64,000 nt of DNA from NCBI GenBank assembly GCA_951406725.2, contig OX597837.1:22630001-22694000 (forward strand), written 5' to 3'. This document shows positions 23,205-36,192 of this stretch, piece after piece. Origin of the DNA: Octopus vulgaris. Its lineage: Eukaryota. The first letter of the stretch is position 1. Every line of letters starts with the position of its first letter. The position numbers were made by a program, and so were the translations under genes. The notes under the pieces are model-generated. The model was given only the letters and a program-made list of their open reading frames with translations, was not told where the DNA came from and searched no databases.

Positions 23205-25729
23205 TTTTACTACTATTTACTATTTATTGTACTTTATTGATTTTTAGAATAAGGTTTTTATAGTATATGTTTTCTATATGGTGTGAATAACATCTTTCAT
23301 TATTCATTTATTTAATAGAGGTTTTTCTCTAAATCATATACATATAACTATAGTCTGCCGACGGGACTGTGGTTTAACTGGAATATTGTGGACTGTAAAA
23401 GAAAAATCCATACAAATCAACATGAGCAAAAAGAAAAAAAATAATAAAATGATGAGGAAGACAAGAAAAAGGCTACAGTGAGCATCTAAGTCAACAATAA
23501 GGTTTTTATTGACCATCAGTTTCTACAGCTTTGTACAGAGTTTTCCATCACAACTATCACAACTAGGACGATCTGGCTACTATTAGACCGGAGAAATATG
23601 CCGCCTACAGTTGAGGGCTGGGTGGGTGGCTGGGGAGAGGGATGGGGGGTTTTGGGGAGAAAAAGAGAGAGAGAGAAGTGGGGGATGGGAGGATGAGAGA
23701 GTGAGAGAAAGGGGGCAAGGGGGCGGGGAAAGGGCAGAACTCGGAAGAGCTGACAGCTGACTGGCCGGCCTGCACGCTAGCCACTAGCATGACAACTCGC
23801 AACACACGTGCAAGCTGTAAGCACACACTATACATGCATTTTGGTCTCCTCCACCATATCTGCAGCAGGGAATGGAATTTTAAAGGCAAGAGGGAGGAAA
23901 AAATATTAACCTGATGCTAGAATTTGCAGAAGAATTTTTAATTTATTTATTTATTAATTTATTTATACATTTTTTTTGCAAGGACCTTGATTTTATGACT
24001 GGGTATGCAATGAGGAAGGGTGCTATTGAAGAATTTGTCATTTTTTTTTTTTTCCAAAAAAATTTTTTTTCCATTTTGGTTTGATTTATTGAGCTAAAGA
24101 TGTATTAATCATTGGTGGAAGAATTAGCAGATGGTGTGGTATACAACATGCATGCAGCCAGCCAAAATAATCAAGGTATTGGTAGGAAGTCAGTTGCCTT
24201 ACAGATATAGCACAAAACAGTAATGAGAGTGAAACAAGGTAACAAATTAAACGTTGGCCTCTGTAGATCTTTCATCATTGCAGTGAGGCCAGGAGGTACA
24301 TGATATGTGAAGTTAAAAATAGTTAAGCCAGAGGCTAAAAAAAATTAAAAAAAAAAACACTTGGTAGGAATGTTGCAAGAAAATAGAAAACGTTCGTGCA
24401 TAGGATTGCATGACTGCAGTGCACAAGATATTATGGCATCCGTTGCATCTGGAGATCAAACAAGTTGAAGTTAATAACCAAAACTGTTATTGTAGAATTT
24501 TTTCTTTTTTCTTTTTTTTTTTTTTGCATGTAGCAAGTTCCTTGTTTAATTATATGTGCGTATGTATGAGATATTTACACAGGAGGTGCATGCATGTATG
24601 TGTAACAGTTTAGTATTGTGTATATGCTATAGGCCAATATTTATTGTCTGTGGGTTTTGTTTTTGTTTTATTTTTGTTTGGTGTGTAGGTGTGTTAAATA
24701 ATAATAATAATAATAATAATATTAATAGTAATGACAGTAATGATAGTGTATGCAGATGTGTAAAATATTGGACTGAGTTGAGGAAAAAAATATTAAGGCT
24801 TGTGTTATGGTCCCAGCACTTGTGATTAAATAATATATGTATATGATAATGAGCATTTTGTTTTTCTATCTTTATACTATTAATAACTATCTTCCTGACA
24901 GTCTTGCATTGAATTTGTATTGCTTTGTAATGTAAAGTTTAAGGGATAACATAAAATGATCATTATTATAGTATTATTATTATTTATTATTTTAGACCTG
25001 ATGAGTGACTATATTTTTAAATAGAATTTTAGATCGATTTAATTTTAAATATAATTGATTTATTATTATTATCATCATCATTATTATTGTAAGACTTATA
25101 CAACTTGGTAGGTAGTGTTTGGTAGCTGCTAATTAATTTGTGTAATGTGATGCATGTGAGATTTAAATCTCTAAATAGAAATAGGAAAAAAAATTAAAAC
25201 CTCCCCAAAAATCTACTTAGCAAAACTCTTGTTATTGTAATTCTGTATTAAATAGGATTTTTGAAGTGACAAAGCCTATCTCTCATTGGATAAATATATC
25301 TGCTCTGGTAAACATTCTGTTACAATGGTTCTAAGTAATCCTATCAGCTAATTTTTTTTTTTTGGGGGGGTGTCCTAAAACTAGTTTCTTTTGATTTTTA
25401 ATAATGTCAACTTTGAGATGATACAAATGTGTATGTTTATTTATATGCACATGTGTAGTTTCTGTGAAATTCAGTGTGAACACTACTGTCCTGTACTGTC
25501 CTCAATGTATTTCTGAACCCTCAGTGGTTAAAAAACACTATTATTATTATCATTATTATTACTGCTCATTTCACAAGATTTACCAACACTAAATCTGTTT
25601 ACTGAGTGTGTGTATGTGTGTGTAAATGATAAAAAGGGAGGCAGTTGGAGGTATAAGTTTGACAAATGAAAATTACAGCTGATTTATGTTAATTATAATT
25701 TAGGTTTATAGAGTGACTTACGTCAACAA

Positions 25730-25935
25730 GGTGACTAACAATGCATAAATTATGTTGATAGTGTGACAGTAATAATGTAAAATTTATGTCAATGTGACAG
25801 TAACAATGCATAATTTATGTTGATAGTGTGAATGCAACAATATATGTCTATAATGTGATTGTGACAGTGTATAAATTATGTTGATAGACTGACTGCAACA
25901 ATGCATAAATTATGTTTATAATGTAATGAACAATA
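25730..25935. repeat. Degenerate ~35-bp minisatellite
   Basis: Recurrent aacaatgcataaattatgttgatagtgtgac-like units, about 6 copies. Confidence 0.7.
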
Positions 25936-26120
25936 TCTTGTTAGTTTTACTCAATGTAAAATACACATGCTGCATGTGTATATAATTGTATCTGTTTCTA
26001 TGCATGTGGATTCACAGACTTGTTTGTATGTTTGTGCATGAACGTCTACATGTCTATTTGCATGAGTCTTGCATAAGTGAAAGATTGCATGGGTAAAAGA
26101 GGCGGGTTTCAAAATAAATG

Positions 26121-26164
<44 letters not shown>

Positions 26165-27700
26165 TACGCATGCACACTTTTATATTGTTGAGTGGTCTAT
26201 TCCTGGTTATGGCATATAACCAGTCAGAAAGTTATCATTGGTTTCTCATCTAATATTGAATCCAATGGTGACCTTCTGACTGGTTTTACACTTTAACCAA
26301 GAAAACACAACTTGACAATATAAAAGTATAACTGCTCAAAATTTCTTTTCTTTTAGAGTATACATTTTTCTAACCCAGAAAAATGACCAATATATATATA
26401 TATATGTGTGCATGTCTATATATATATATATATATATATATTTACATGCAGTTAAATATATGTCCAGTCATAGAGCGACCAATAGTTTCACATCCGTAAA
26501 GCACTCAGCTTTATAGACAACTGTCAGGCTCTAATGGTAGAGATATACTCTCTGCCGTTAGAGTCAATGAGTTGCCTATAAAGCTAAGCTCTTTATGTAT
26601 GTGAAACCACTGGTCACTCAATGACCGGACATGTATTTAACAGCATGTAAATGCATTACTGTTCTAACCCTTAAAGTGTGCTTCATTTCTGGATATATGA
26701 TCCACTGATGATATGTGTCTGTGTGTGTGTGTGTGAGTACCTAGTACAACATGTATAAATGTGTGTATATGTGTGAGTATACATGCATGTAATAAAAGTA
26801 TAAAAACAGTGAATTTCCATGCTTGCTTATATGCCGATGATTGGTGTGTGTATATGAGTGTATTGTATGTGTGTGTGTGAATATGTGTGTGCAGCTTCAG
26901 ACAGTAGAATTAAAATCTATCAATTTACCGGTTGAAAGACATCACAGAGTTGCTGTTCAACAGACAGATTTGCGGACAACACCAGACAGTAACAGGACAA
27001 CCCCCCTGCCACATGTATGCATACTCTTTCTTTCTTTCTTTCTTTTTTTCTCTTTCTGACTTACACATGCAGATACTTTGTCATTCATCACTCACTACCA
27101 TCTGGTCTCTTAACCAATCCTGAACAAATAATAATAATAATAATGATGATGATGACTACTTTTAACCTTTAGCACACTCAGGCGCATCATGTCACCATAT
27201 GAGTTTCCCCCCCCCCATAGCTGCAGATGCATTGTGTTGTGTTGAGAGGGGAGAAAACTTGTATGGTGACAAGATGTGCCTACAGTGTGCCAAAGGTTAA
27301 TAAATAATAGCAATAATAATAATGTATAACATTGATACTTCAATTACGCAACAAGACTTGTCTACTGTCACTAACTGTAGTATCTCATTATCATTTGCTT
27401 TTATTTGGATGGTTCCTTTTTTTCCTTCTTTTTTTGAAACATACACAAACATACATCCCCACACACACACACACACATACACAACCCCATCAACTGCGAA
27501 AAAGAGGGTATTTAAAAATAAAAAAAAAGCAAAAAAAATAATGAAAGAGAAAACAAGAATGAGACAGGACTAAAAAAAATTACATCAAAATCTAGGAACT
27601 ATAATTACAGAATGGAATTGTCAGAGAAAATAGATGTTACAAATTATTAGAACTGGAATGTGATATATATATATATCCATACATATACACACACATTTTA

Positions 27701-27734
<34 letters not shown>

Positions 27735-27738
<4 letters not shown>

Positions 27739-27940
27739 TATTATAGCTGAGAAAATCTTCACAGACTGTTACCCAGAGTTTCATGTTACCTTTTGTCAGA
27801 GAGTTGTGATCACAACTGTCGGACAATCACAAAACTCTGAGTAACAGTCTGTGATGATTTTTCCTGCTTTAATAAAAAGCATATTACTCTACCTTTGGTA
27901 TTTGAGTACTATGTTTTCTACCTTGCTTTGCATTTGTGTG
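27735..27940. mobile_element. Palindrome (27735-27878) plus tail element carrying degenerate hammerhead motifs; probably derived from a PLE pseudo-LTR
   Basis: Inverted arms around gttgtgatcacaac; minus strand reads actct-CTGACAA-aaggtaacat-GAAAC tctgg GTA-acagt; embedded in (TA)n/(TG)n. Confidence 0.55.
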
Positions 27941-28315
27941 CTTGCTTGTGTGTGTGTGTGTGTGTATGTGTGTATGTATATATATATATATACACACACA
28001 CACATACATGTACATATACACACCCACATATATTGTTCATGTTGTAAGAGTTTTGTAGAAACCTTGAGAGAATATGAAATAAATTGTTTTTTTGGAATGG
28101 TGGAGCTTGAAGCAAATGAAGCTATAAATAATAACATGTAAAATCCTTTCCTATCCATAGGGCTTTTTAACCCAATATTTACACTGCAATTATTCATAGC
28201 GTTATTTGCTTCAATATCCACTGTTCCAAAAACCAATTATATATGTGTGTGTGTTTGAGTGTATATTATATATATATATCACATTATAATTCAAATATTT
28301 CATATATGTGTATGT

Positions 28316-28360
<45 letters not shown>

Positions 28361-30910
28361 TCTGGAAAAAATATATGGTTATTTACAAATTAACTTGATA
28401 AAGAAAATGATCCAAATTTGTGCTGAATTCAATGAAAAAGATATGTTCTTCAAGAGGGTTAGCGAGAACATTTAGCGTGGTCCCAAATACCTGGAATGAC
28501 CTAATATTGTACTGCACATTGTCAGGTTAGTAGTCTCTTGTGTTCTTGTGTTGCTGAATATTAAATTTCTTGGTGTTTAAATAGCACATGAAGAATAATC
28601 AGGATACAAGAATTGAAAGGAAAAAAAAAAAAAAAATTAAGCAACAAGATTTTTGTTTCAAAAGGAAAATTCCTAACAAGGAATTATTTGAGAGATAATT
28701 AAGTTTACCAAATATTTTTCAAAACCATTTTTTAAAAAACAGAAACATGTTTTGTACTTTTCTTCTTAACTCCTTGTTGAATAATTTCAAAACATGTTTA
28801 GAAGGTGTGTGTGTGTGTGTGTGTGTAAGTATAAAAAGTCAAATTGCATTTGGATTAATTAGCAAAAAAGATGGAAAATTTATCAGAATCTAATTATGCA
28901 AACCATTTTAGTTCGTTTTAACTTAACTGTCCAACAAAATAATTTGTGCCATCATCAAATAATATATATAAAATATGTGCTTTCACAGTGTAAGTGTTAT
29001 ATAAGTAGACAATGTGTGTGTGTGTGTATATATATATGTGTATATATATATGTGGTATAGTGTATGTGTATGCTTTCATGTATGTGTGTGTGATATAATT
29101 AAGTAACGATTATACACATGGTGTTGTCTTTTAGTAGTTTGCGTGTGTGTGCATGAATTTTTATTTTTTCTTACTTCATCAAATATTAACCTTCTTTTCT
29201 AACGATTAAAAATCTACAACACAAAGAAGACAAAACACAGCCACCCATATCTGAATACATTCAAGCTGACACACACTACTTTAGACATACCCACACACCT
29301 CTAACTCTGTGCAGCAATACCTAAATTAGAAGCTGGAATAAAGAGACTCCAATAAAATATCAGTCGGAAGCTATGAGCCTTTGAAGAATTCCAGTCTAAA
29401 AGTAGAAATTTTTGTTTAGATTTTTCTAATTTATTGGATTCCTTTTTGCAACACAGAATTTCTAAAGATTAGTCTTCAGATCAGAAAATATACTAAATAC
29501 ACAGACGGACCAAATCGTTAACAAGTTTCCACTCAACTTCTGGTGACTTATGGATTTTATGTAAGAAATTATTGGTATTGTGGTATTGTAGTTAAAAACA
29601 TGATACAAATACATATTTTTGATAAGCCTCTGTGTGTGTATATGTGTATGTATAATATATATATATGAGTGTCTTTGTGTGTGTGTATAAATCTGTGAAT
29701 GTACATGTATATTCTGTAAAAATATAAACCACATGCAAGTAGTGTGTATGTTTGTGTGTGAGGTGAAACATCTTGCGTTGTTATCTGCACTTAGCGTTCA
29801 ATGTCTACACATCTGTGGGACAGCAGTCTAGCCGAAATTCTTTCTATAAGACAGTCTTAAATGAGAGAGAACAATCCTATGAGGTTCTTTGACAAATTAG
29901 AACAATCCTACAACACAGTCTTCAACAATGGAGAAAAAGCAATTTTTTTGTTTTTATCATATTCTTCATATTAAAAAATTTGATGAAAGAAAGAGAAATC
30001 TGGCTAAAGTGGACAAGAAAAGAAATATTCTAATGTGACCAGTGTAAAAACCAGTAATCACTAGTTGACTGATTGACTAACGACTAATTACAAGAAGAAG
30101 AAATAAGCTTCCAGCAAGTGAGATTTTTTTCAAGATACAGGTGAACTGTGACAATATTGTGGTGAATAATAGCGAAGGTATAAAGACAGATGAATGTAGA
30201 TGTGTGTGTATATGTATGAATGTATATAGATGCCTTTTTGTGTACGTATGTGTAAAGATGTGTTGGAAATGTGTGCTAATTATGAACTGTTTAATTATTC
30301 TCTGTACATACCTTTGAAATTACTTTGATACACATTTGTGGTAGAGTTTGTGTACATGTATGTATGTATGTGTGTGTGTGGACAAGGATTTTAAACCTCC
30401 ACCCTAGATACTATGTAAGAACATCCGCAACGATGTGACTAATGCACGGTGATTGTGGATTCTTTAGGGTTAAAACACATCTGTATAAGATGGTAAGCTT
30501 AAGGTCTGAGACCCTAGTGATCACACAGACATACACACACATGAGTTATATGTAGTATGCATATGTATAGTTGAAGGAGGGAGAGAGAGAGAGAAAAGGA
30601 TATTGGAGTAGTGAAGGGATGGGTGGAAAAGAAGGCAGTTAAAAAGGCCAAAATGTATGTTTTTATGTGTGTGTGTATGTGTGTAAGAAAGAGTGCAAAA
30701 GAGGGGAGCATAGGCAAAAATAGTTAAAGAATGTAATTTGTTAGAATATTGCAAGAATCAAAATGGCTTTACAGTGTGTGAGTGTGTGTGTGTGTGTGCA
30801 CAGGAGGAACTGTGAAGAATTGGCATTGCAGTGTATGCATGTGTGTGAATGTATGATGCAGTGAAAAAATAGTATTGTTTTGTGTGTGTAGCTGTGAAGA
30901 CATGGCTTTA

Positions 30911-30960
<50 letters not shown>

Positions 30961-31978
30961 AGTTGTGAAGAAACGGTTGAGCAAATACAGAGAGTAAAGA
31001 TTAAAAAAAAAAATACAATGTATTGGTTTGCAAAATAATCCTCATGGACAGAGCAAGTGTTTTGTCACAAGGTCACATAGTGGTAGTAGTAATAGTAGTA
31101 ATAGCAGTAACAGCATTAGTAGTAAATTTCTTAAACATAATTATTTCATTTATTTTACAGCCAAATTAAATGTGTGAGTGTGTGTATAATATTTTAATTT
31201 GTTTTGCAAGTATTTTTTATTATCAGAAAGTGTGTGTTGAAACAAACAGGTTAGACTTTGGGAGGGTCACATTACCAATGAATACACACACATGGGTTGT
31301 GGTTCACTTCACTTCAGATTAGTTGCATGATGAATAACTTCTAATAATATAACTAAAACTGAAGTGAAACACAACTGGCAAGTGTGATTTCATTGCCAGT
31401 ATGACTTTCTTAAAGTATAACAAGCAATATATATATATATATATATATATACATACATACACACACGTGTGTAATTACATATATACACACACGAAAACAC
31501 ACAAGGTATTCATATGTGATTTCCTTATAAGAAAACCATTTAAAATATCAATTTGTTTCTCAAGTTCGAATCCAGAAGGAATTGGTGAGGCATTTTGGGG
31601 CAAAAATTTACACACACCAACCCTGTGAACTGACTGCAAATTTACAAGCTTGCTTTTCCATCCTAAACCTGTCCTAAGAAAAAAGAAAAAGATGAGGAAG
31701 AAAAAGAAGGAGTGTGTGAGTGATTTAGAAGGAGCAAAATACTAGAATTCTACCGCTTGGACCTGTACAAATGTTTTTTTGCCTCTACTTTCTTTGTTTT
31801 CTCTTTTTTTTTTTTTAGTGTTATTTCAAAGTGTTGCTATCCCATTGCCATGGAATCTGGCATAGAGGTGAAAAGCTGATGAAATACAGAGAAATAGAGA
31901 GAGGGGGAAGAAGGGAGGGAGAGATAGAAAGTGATAAATACACATACACACAAACATATATATACATACATATATATA

Positions 31979-32040
<62 letters not shown>

Positions 32041-33837
32041 TAGAGATGTAGAAATAGACAGGAACGAGGACTTGTTAAACCCAGTTTAAACACAGTTTAT
32101 GGAGGGAAAAAAAAGGAAAAGAAAAATATATATATATTTATATACATGTGAGTGTGTGCATATATATGTGTGTGTGTGTGTATGTATGTTTGTGTGTGTA
32201 TGTATATATATATATATATATATGCGTGTGTAAGAGAGAGTGTGTGTGCTTGTGTGTGTATAAGTTTTCAAACATATTCTCTCAGTTTTTTTAAAATTTT
32301 TTTAATCATCATTTAATGAACATCATTTAATGAACATCAGCATTGTTGAAAGTTTGATAACAGTGGTGGGGGGGTGGGGAGAGGGAAGAAAAATGATAAA
32401 AATGAAAAAAAAAAAAAAAAAAACAAAATGAATTATTTTTCAACAATCTCTATATTAAGCTTTTTTTTTTTTTTTTCATCTTTTTCAAAGTGGTTTTTTT
32501 TTTTTTTGAAACTGCAAGAAAAAAAAAAAAAAAGGATGGGGGGGCGAATAAACAACAGGAAAACTTGCCGTAAAACCCAAACGGCAAATTTATACTTTAA
32601 GAATCCTTTTGAGATCCTGCTTTCTCTTTATTAACAAAGTGTCGTTTTTTTATTTTTGTTTTCTGTCGCTTTTCCTCTCAGCCATTTTCAGAGTTTTAGT
32701 GGAAACTTCTTTCTAGAAAAATCTTTCTCAAGGATCTCTTTACTGCAATAAAGGTTCATTTTAAGTGTAAGAGTTTTCCATAAAGTCTAATATCCACTGT
32801 GTATACATGTGTGTATGTATGTATGTGTGTGTTTATGTGTGATACATGAATGTGGGTATATACATATATATATATATATATATATGCATACACACACACA
32901 CACACACATATATTCATGCCTGTATGTGTGTTTATATATATATGTGTGTGTATATATATGTGTATGTATGTATGCATATATATATGTATATATACACATA
33001 CATACCATATATATGTGTGGGTGGTTGTATCCATACATATACATACATATATACATACACACGGATGTAAACACAGATAGTTCATAAGTTTGCAAATTTA
33101 AAAAAATTTTTTTGTTTTAGAAATTTATCTTCTCGTAAAGATCATTCATTACTATCACCCATACAAGCATTCAGTTCATCTGTCAAGCATTCCAGTTTAT
33201 TAAATCTTTAAAAATCTTTTAAGAGGTATTTTAATTTCTTTTTTTTTTTTTTGTTTTTTTTTCACTTTGTTTTGTTATTTTTTTGTTGTTTTAATTAATT
33301 TGACCAAAAAAAAAAAAATAACAATCAAACTTCTGCTTTAAAAGTCAAAGAAAGACGAAGTTGCTCTATCAACTAGGAAACGTTGCCTTTAAACTTCCAA
33401 CAGTCAGCGCTTGCTCCCAAAAAAAGGAGTGGTTTTTTTTTTTAAAACAGAATGCAAATTGATGCCACAAATTTAATTTTGCATTTTTTTAATCCACAGT
33501 TATTCTAAAGGAGTGCAAAATTGTTATCTCGAAGAAGATATAAACTTTGATGGCATTGGTACTGGAGAATTGATTCTAGTTTCAGTTCAAAATGTCAGCA
33601 ACTGTAAACAAGTGTTAGCCCAATTGAAGTGAGGAATCCCTCATGCCAATTATGTTTGGCAATCTCCCAACAGGCTGGTACTTAACTGAGGAGCTTTGCA
33701 AGCTGTAAAATGTAAAACTCTGCTGCCATAGTAACGAACCAGCGGTAAATTGTCATGTTGTGGTTAAACTAGAGTGTTACGTCTGATCAGAGAGCTGAAC
33801 AGCTGGTGTACGATCTACGAGTAAAAAGTTCCATAAG

Positions 33838-33975
33838 CTAAAATTGGTACCATTTCTTGTCTTTATATTTCAACATCAATTGATGGGCTACCTGAGAATA
33901 GCTCTCAGCTTGTGCAGTCATCTGTTGTGTCCGGTCATCCAGGCCTTCCAGTTTCTCTCCACGTTCATGGAACAA
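33838..33975 (-). CDS. STXBP5: Tomosyn terminal coding exon (R-SNARE motif)
   Basis: LFHERGEKLEGLDDRTQQMTAQAESYSQVAHQLMLKYKDKKWYQF*; acceptor ttttttgtAG; 138 bp, phase 0; KYKDKKWYQF is the tomosyn C-terminal signature. Confidence 0.97.
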   Translation of the reverse strand: MFHERGEKLEGLDDRTQQMTAQAESYSQVAHQLMLKYKDKKWYQF

Positions 33976-34091
33976 CTACAAAAAATAGAGAGAAAAGGTT
34001 AAAAATAGCATTGAAAGGTCAAAGGAAAAAAGTAGTTTCATTACTACAACCACAGACAGACAGATAGCTAGCAAGGTATTATATAGGTAAT

Positions 34092-35164
34092 TAAGGCGGC
34101 GAACTGGCAGAAACGTTAGCATGCCGGGCGAAATGCTTAGCGGTATTTTGTCTGCCGCTATGTAAGGCGGCGAACTGGCAGAAACGTTAGCATGCCGGGC
34201 GAAGTGCTTAGTGGTATTTTGTCTGCTGCTACGTAAGGCGGCAAACTGGCAGAAACGTTAGCATGCCGGGCGAAATGCTTAGCGGTATTTTGTCTGCCGC
34301 TACGTAAGGCGGCAAACTGGCAGAAACGTTAGCATGCCAGGCGAAATGCTTAGCAGTATTTTGTCTGCCGCTACGTAAGGCAGCAAACTGGCAGAAACGT
34401 TAGCATGCCGGGCGAAATGCTTAGCGGTATTTTGTCTGCCGCTATGTAAGGCGGCGTACTGGCAGAAACGTTAGCATGCCAGGCGAAATGCTTATCGGTA
34501 TTTTGTCTGCCGCTACGTAAGGCGGCAAACTGGCAGAAACGTTAGCATGCCAGGCAAAATGCTTATCGGTATTTTGTCTGCCGCTATGTAAAGCGGCGAA
34601 TTGGCAGAAACGTTAGCATGCTGGGCGAAATGCTTAGCGGTATTTTGTCTGCCGCTACGTAAGGCGGCAAACTGGCAGAAACGTTAGCATGCCGGGTGAA
34701 ATGCTTAGCGGTATTTTGTTTGCTGCTACGTAAGGCGGCAAACTGGCAGAAACGTTAGCATGCCGGGCGAAATGCTTAGCGGTATTTTGTCTGCCGCTAC
34801 ATAAGGCGGCAAACTGGCAGAAACGTTAGCATGCCGGGCGAAATGCTTATTGGTATTTTGTCTGCTGCTACGTAAGGCGGCAAACTGGCAGAAACGTTAG
34901 CATGCCGGGCGAAATGCTTAGCGGTATTTTGTCTGCCGCTACGTAAGGCGGCAAACTGGCAGAAACGTTAGCACGCTGGGCGAAATGCTTATCGGTATTT
35001 TGTCTGCTACTATGTTCTGAGTTCAAATTCCTCCGAGGTCGACTTTGCCTTTCATCCTTTCGGGGTCGATTAAATAAGTACCAGTTACGCACTTAATCTG
35101 TTTGTCTGTCCTTGTTTGTCCCCTCTGTGTTTAGCCCCTTGTGGGTAGTAAAGAAATAGGTATT
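34092..35164 (+). repeat. SINE family 3 whose 71-bp head is tandemly amplified 13 times
   Basis: Unit taaggcggcaaactggcagaaacgttagcatgccgggcgaaatgcttagcggtattttgtctgccgctacg starts at 34092+71n (n=0..12), followed by one SINE body; TSD AGGTATTATATAGGTAATT at 34074-34092 and 35158-35176. Confidence 0.93.
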
Positions 35165-35294
35165 ATATAGGTAATTGGGGTAAATCCTAGCTGTTTCATC
35201 TTGAAGCATATCTGTCTATTCCATTATTCCAATCCAATATGTGGTCACAATTGCTGCTGTATGTTAGTCCAAAATACATATTAAAATTGAGAAT

Positions 35295-35600
35295 TACTCT
35301 CTTTACTCTTTTACATGTTCCAGTTATTTGACTGTGACCATGCTGGAGCACCGCCTTTAGTTGAGCAAATCGACTCCAGGACTTATTCTTTGTAAGCCAA
35401 GTACTTATTCTATCGGTCTCTTTTGCCAAACTGCTAAGTTATGGGGATGTAAACACACCAGCATTGGTATATACGACGGGCTTCTTTTCAGTTTCTGTCG
35501 ACCAAATCCACTCACAAGGCTTTGGTTGGACGCAGTGTGACTGAACCCAGAACCATGTGGTTGGTAAGCAAGCTACTTACCACACAGCCACTCCAACGCC
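35295..35600 (-). mobile_element. SINE family 1 (internally deleted)
   Basis: Reverse complement of the family-1 copies. Confidence 0.85.
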
Positions 35601-35640
35601 TACAATTATGGAAATATTATTTGCAGAGTTATTGTATAGC

Positions 35641-36018
35641 AAAAGAAGCTTGAGAGGCGGTTGGATGGAACCTACACTCGCCTCCTTATGAGAGCTCAAA
35701 ATCTCTCGTGGAAGTGCCATCCAACCAAAATGCAAATATATGGGAAGCTACCACCTGTGTCATCTCTTGTGAAAGGTAGGAGAGTCCAGTTTGCTGGATA
35801 TTGTTGTAGAGCTGAAAAAGAAGTAATTTCTACTCTTCTCCTCTGGAAGCCATCTACTCGCAATACCAAAGGGCGCACACTCTCCTACCCTGATGTAATC
35901 TCCAGGGATACAGGCATCCAGCAACAGGACCTCCGTAATGCTATGATGGACCGTGAAGTCTGGCGTAACATAGTAAATTCCATTGTCTCAACCACGGTCG
36001 AACATTGATGATGATGAT
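35641..36018 (+). mobile_element. 3' end of a second RTE-like LINE family with (GAT)n tail
   Basis: LDGTYTRLLMRAQNLSW...RRVQFAGYCCR...AMMDREVWR then tgatgatgatgat. Confidence 0.8.
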
Positions 36019-36192
36019 AGCATAACAGGAAAGTGGAAATATTTTGGTATTATTTTGTCCTCTATTGCACATATTTTATTTGCTAATAGGAATTACAAAG
36101 TTTTACATATCTATATAACTTGAAATAAATGTAATGGAGAATAAATGATACTAAAACCATTTCCACTTTGCTGTTTTGTTATATAGAAAGAT

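Larger units (their letters stand above)
23490..33837 (-). other. Putative ~10-kb 3' UTR of tomosyn
   Basis: Follows the stop codon; lacks all SINE, LINE and MITE families abundant elsewhere; candidate distal AATAAA at 23505-23510 followed by U-rich sequence; the end point is inferred. Confidence 0.5.

Noticed and set aside
23605-23889. 94-aa Pro-rich minus-strand ORF
   Set aside because: Arises from the G/C-tract low-complexity sequence; no ATG start and no recognisable homology
34092-35014. CRISPR-like regular array
   Set aside because: Units are contiguous near-identical 71-mers with no unique spacers, match a SINE head, and there are no cas genes; eukaryotic context
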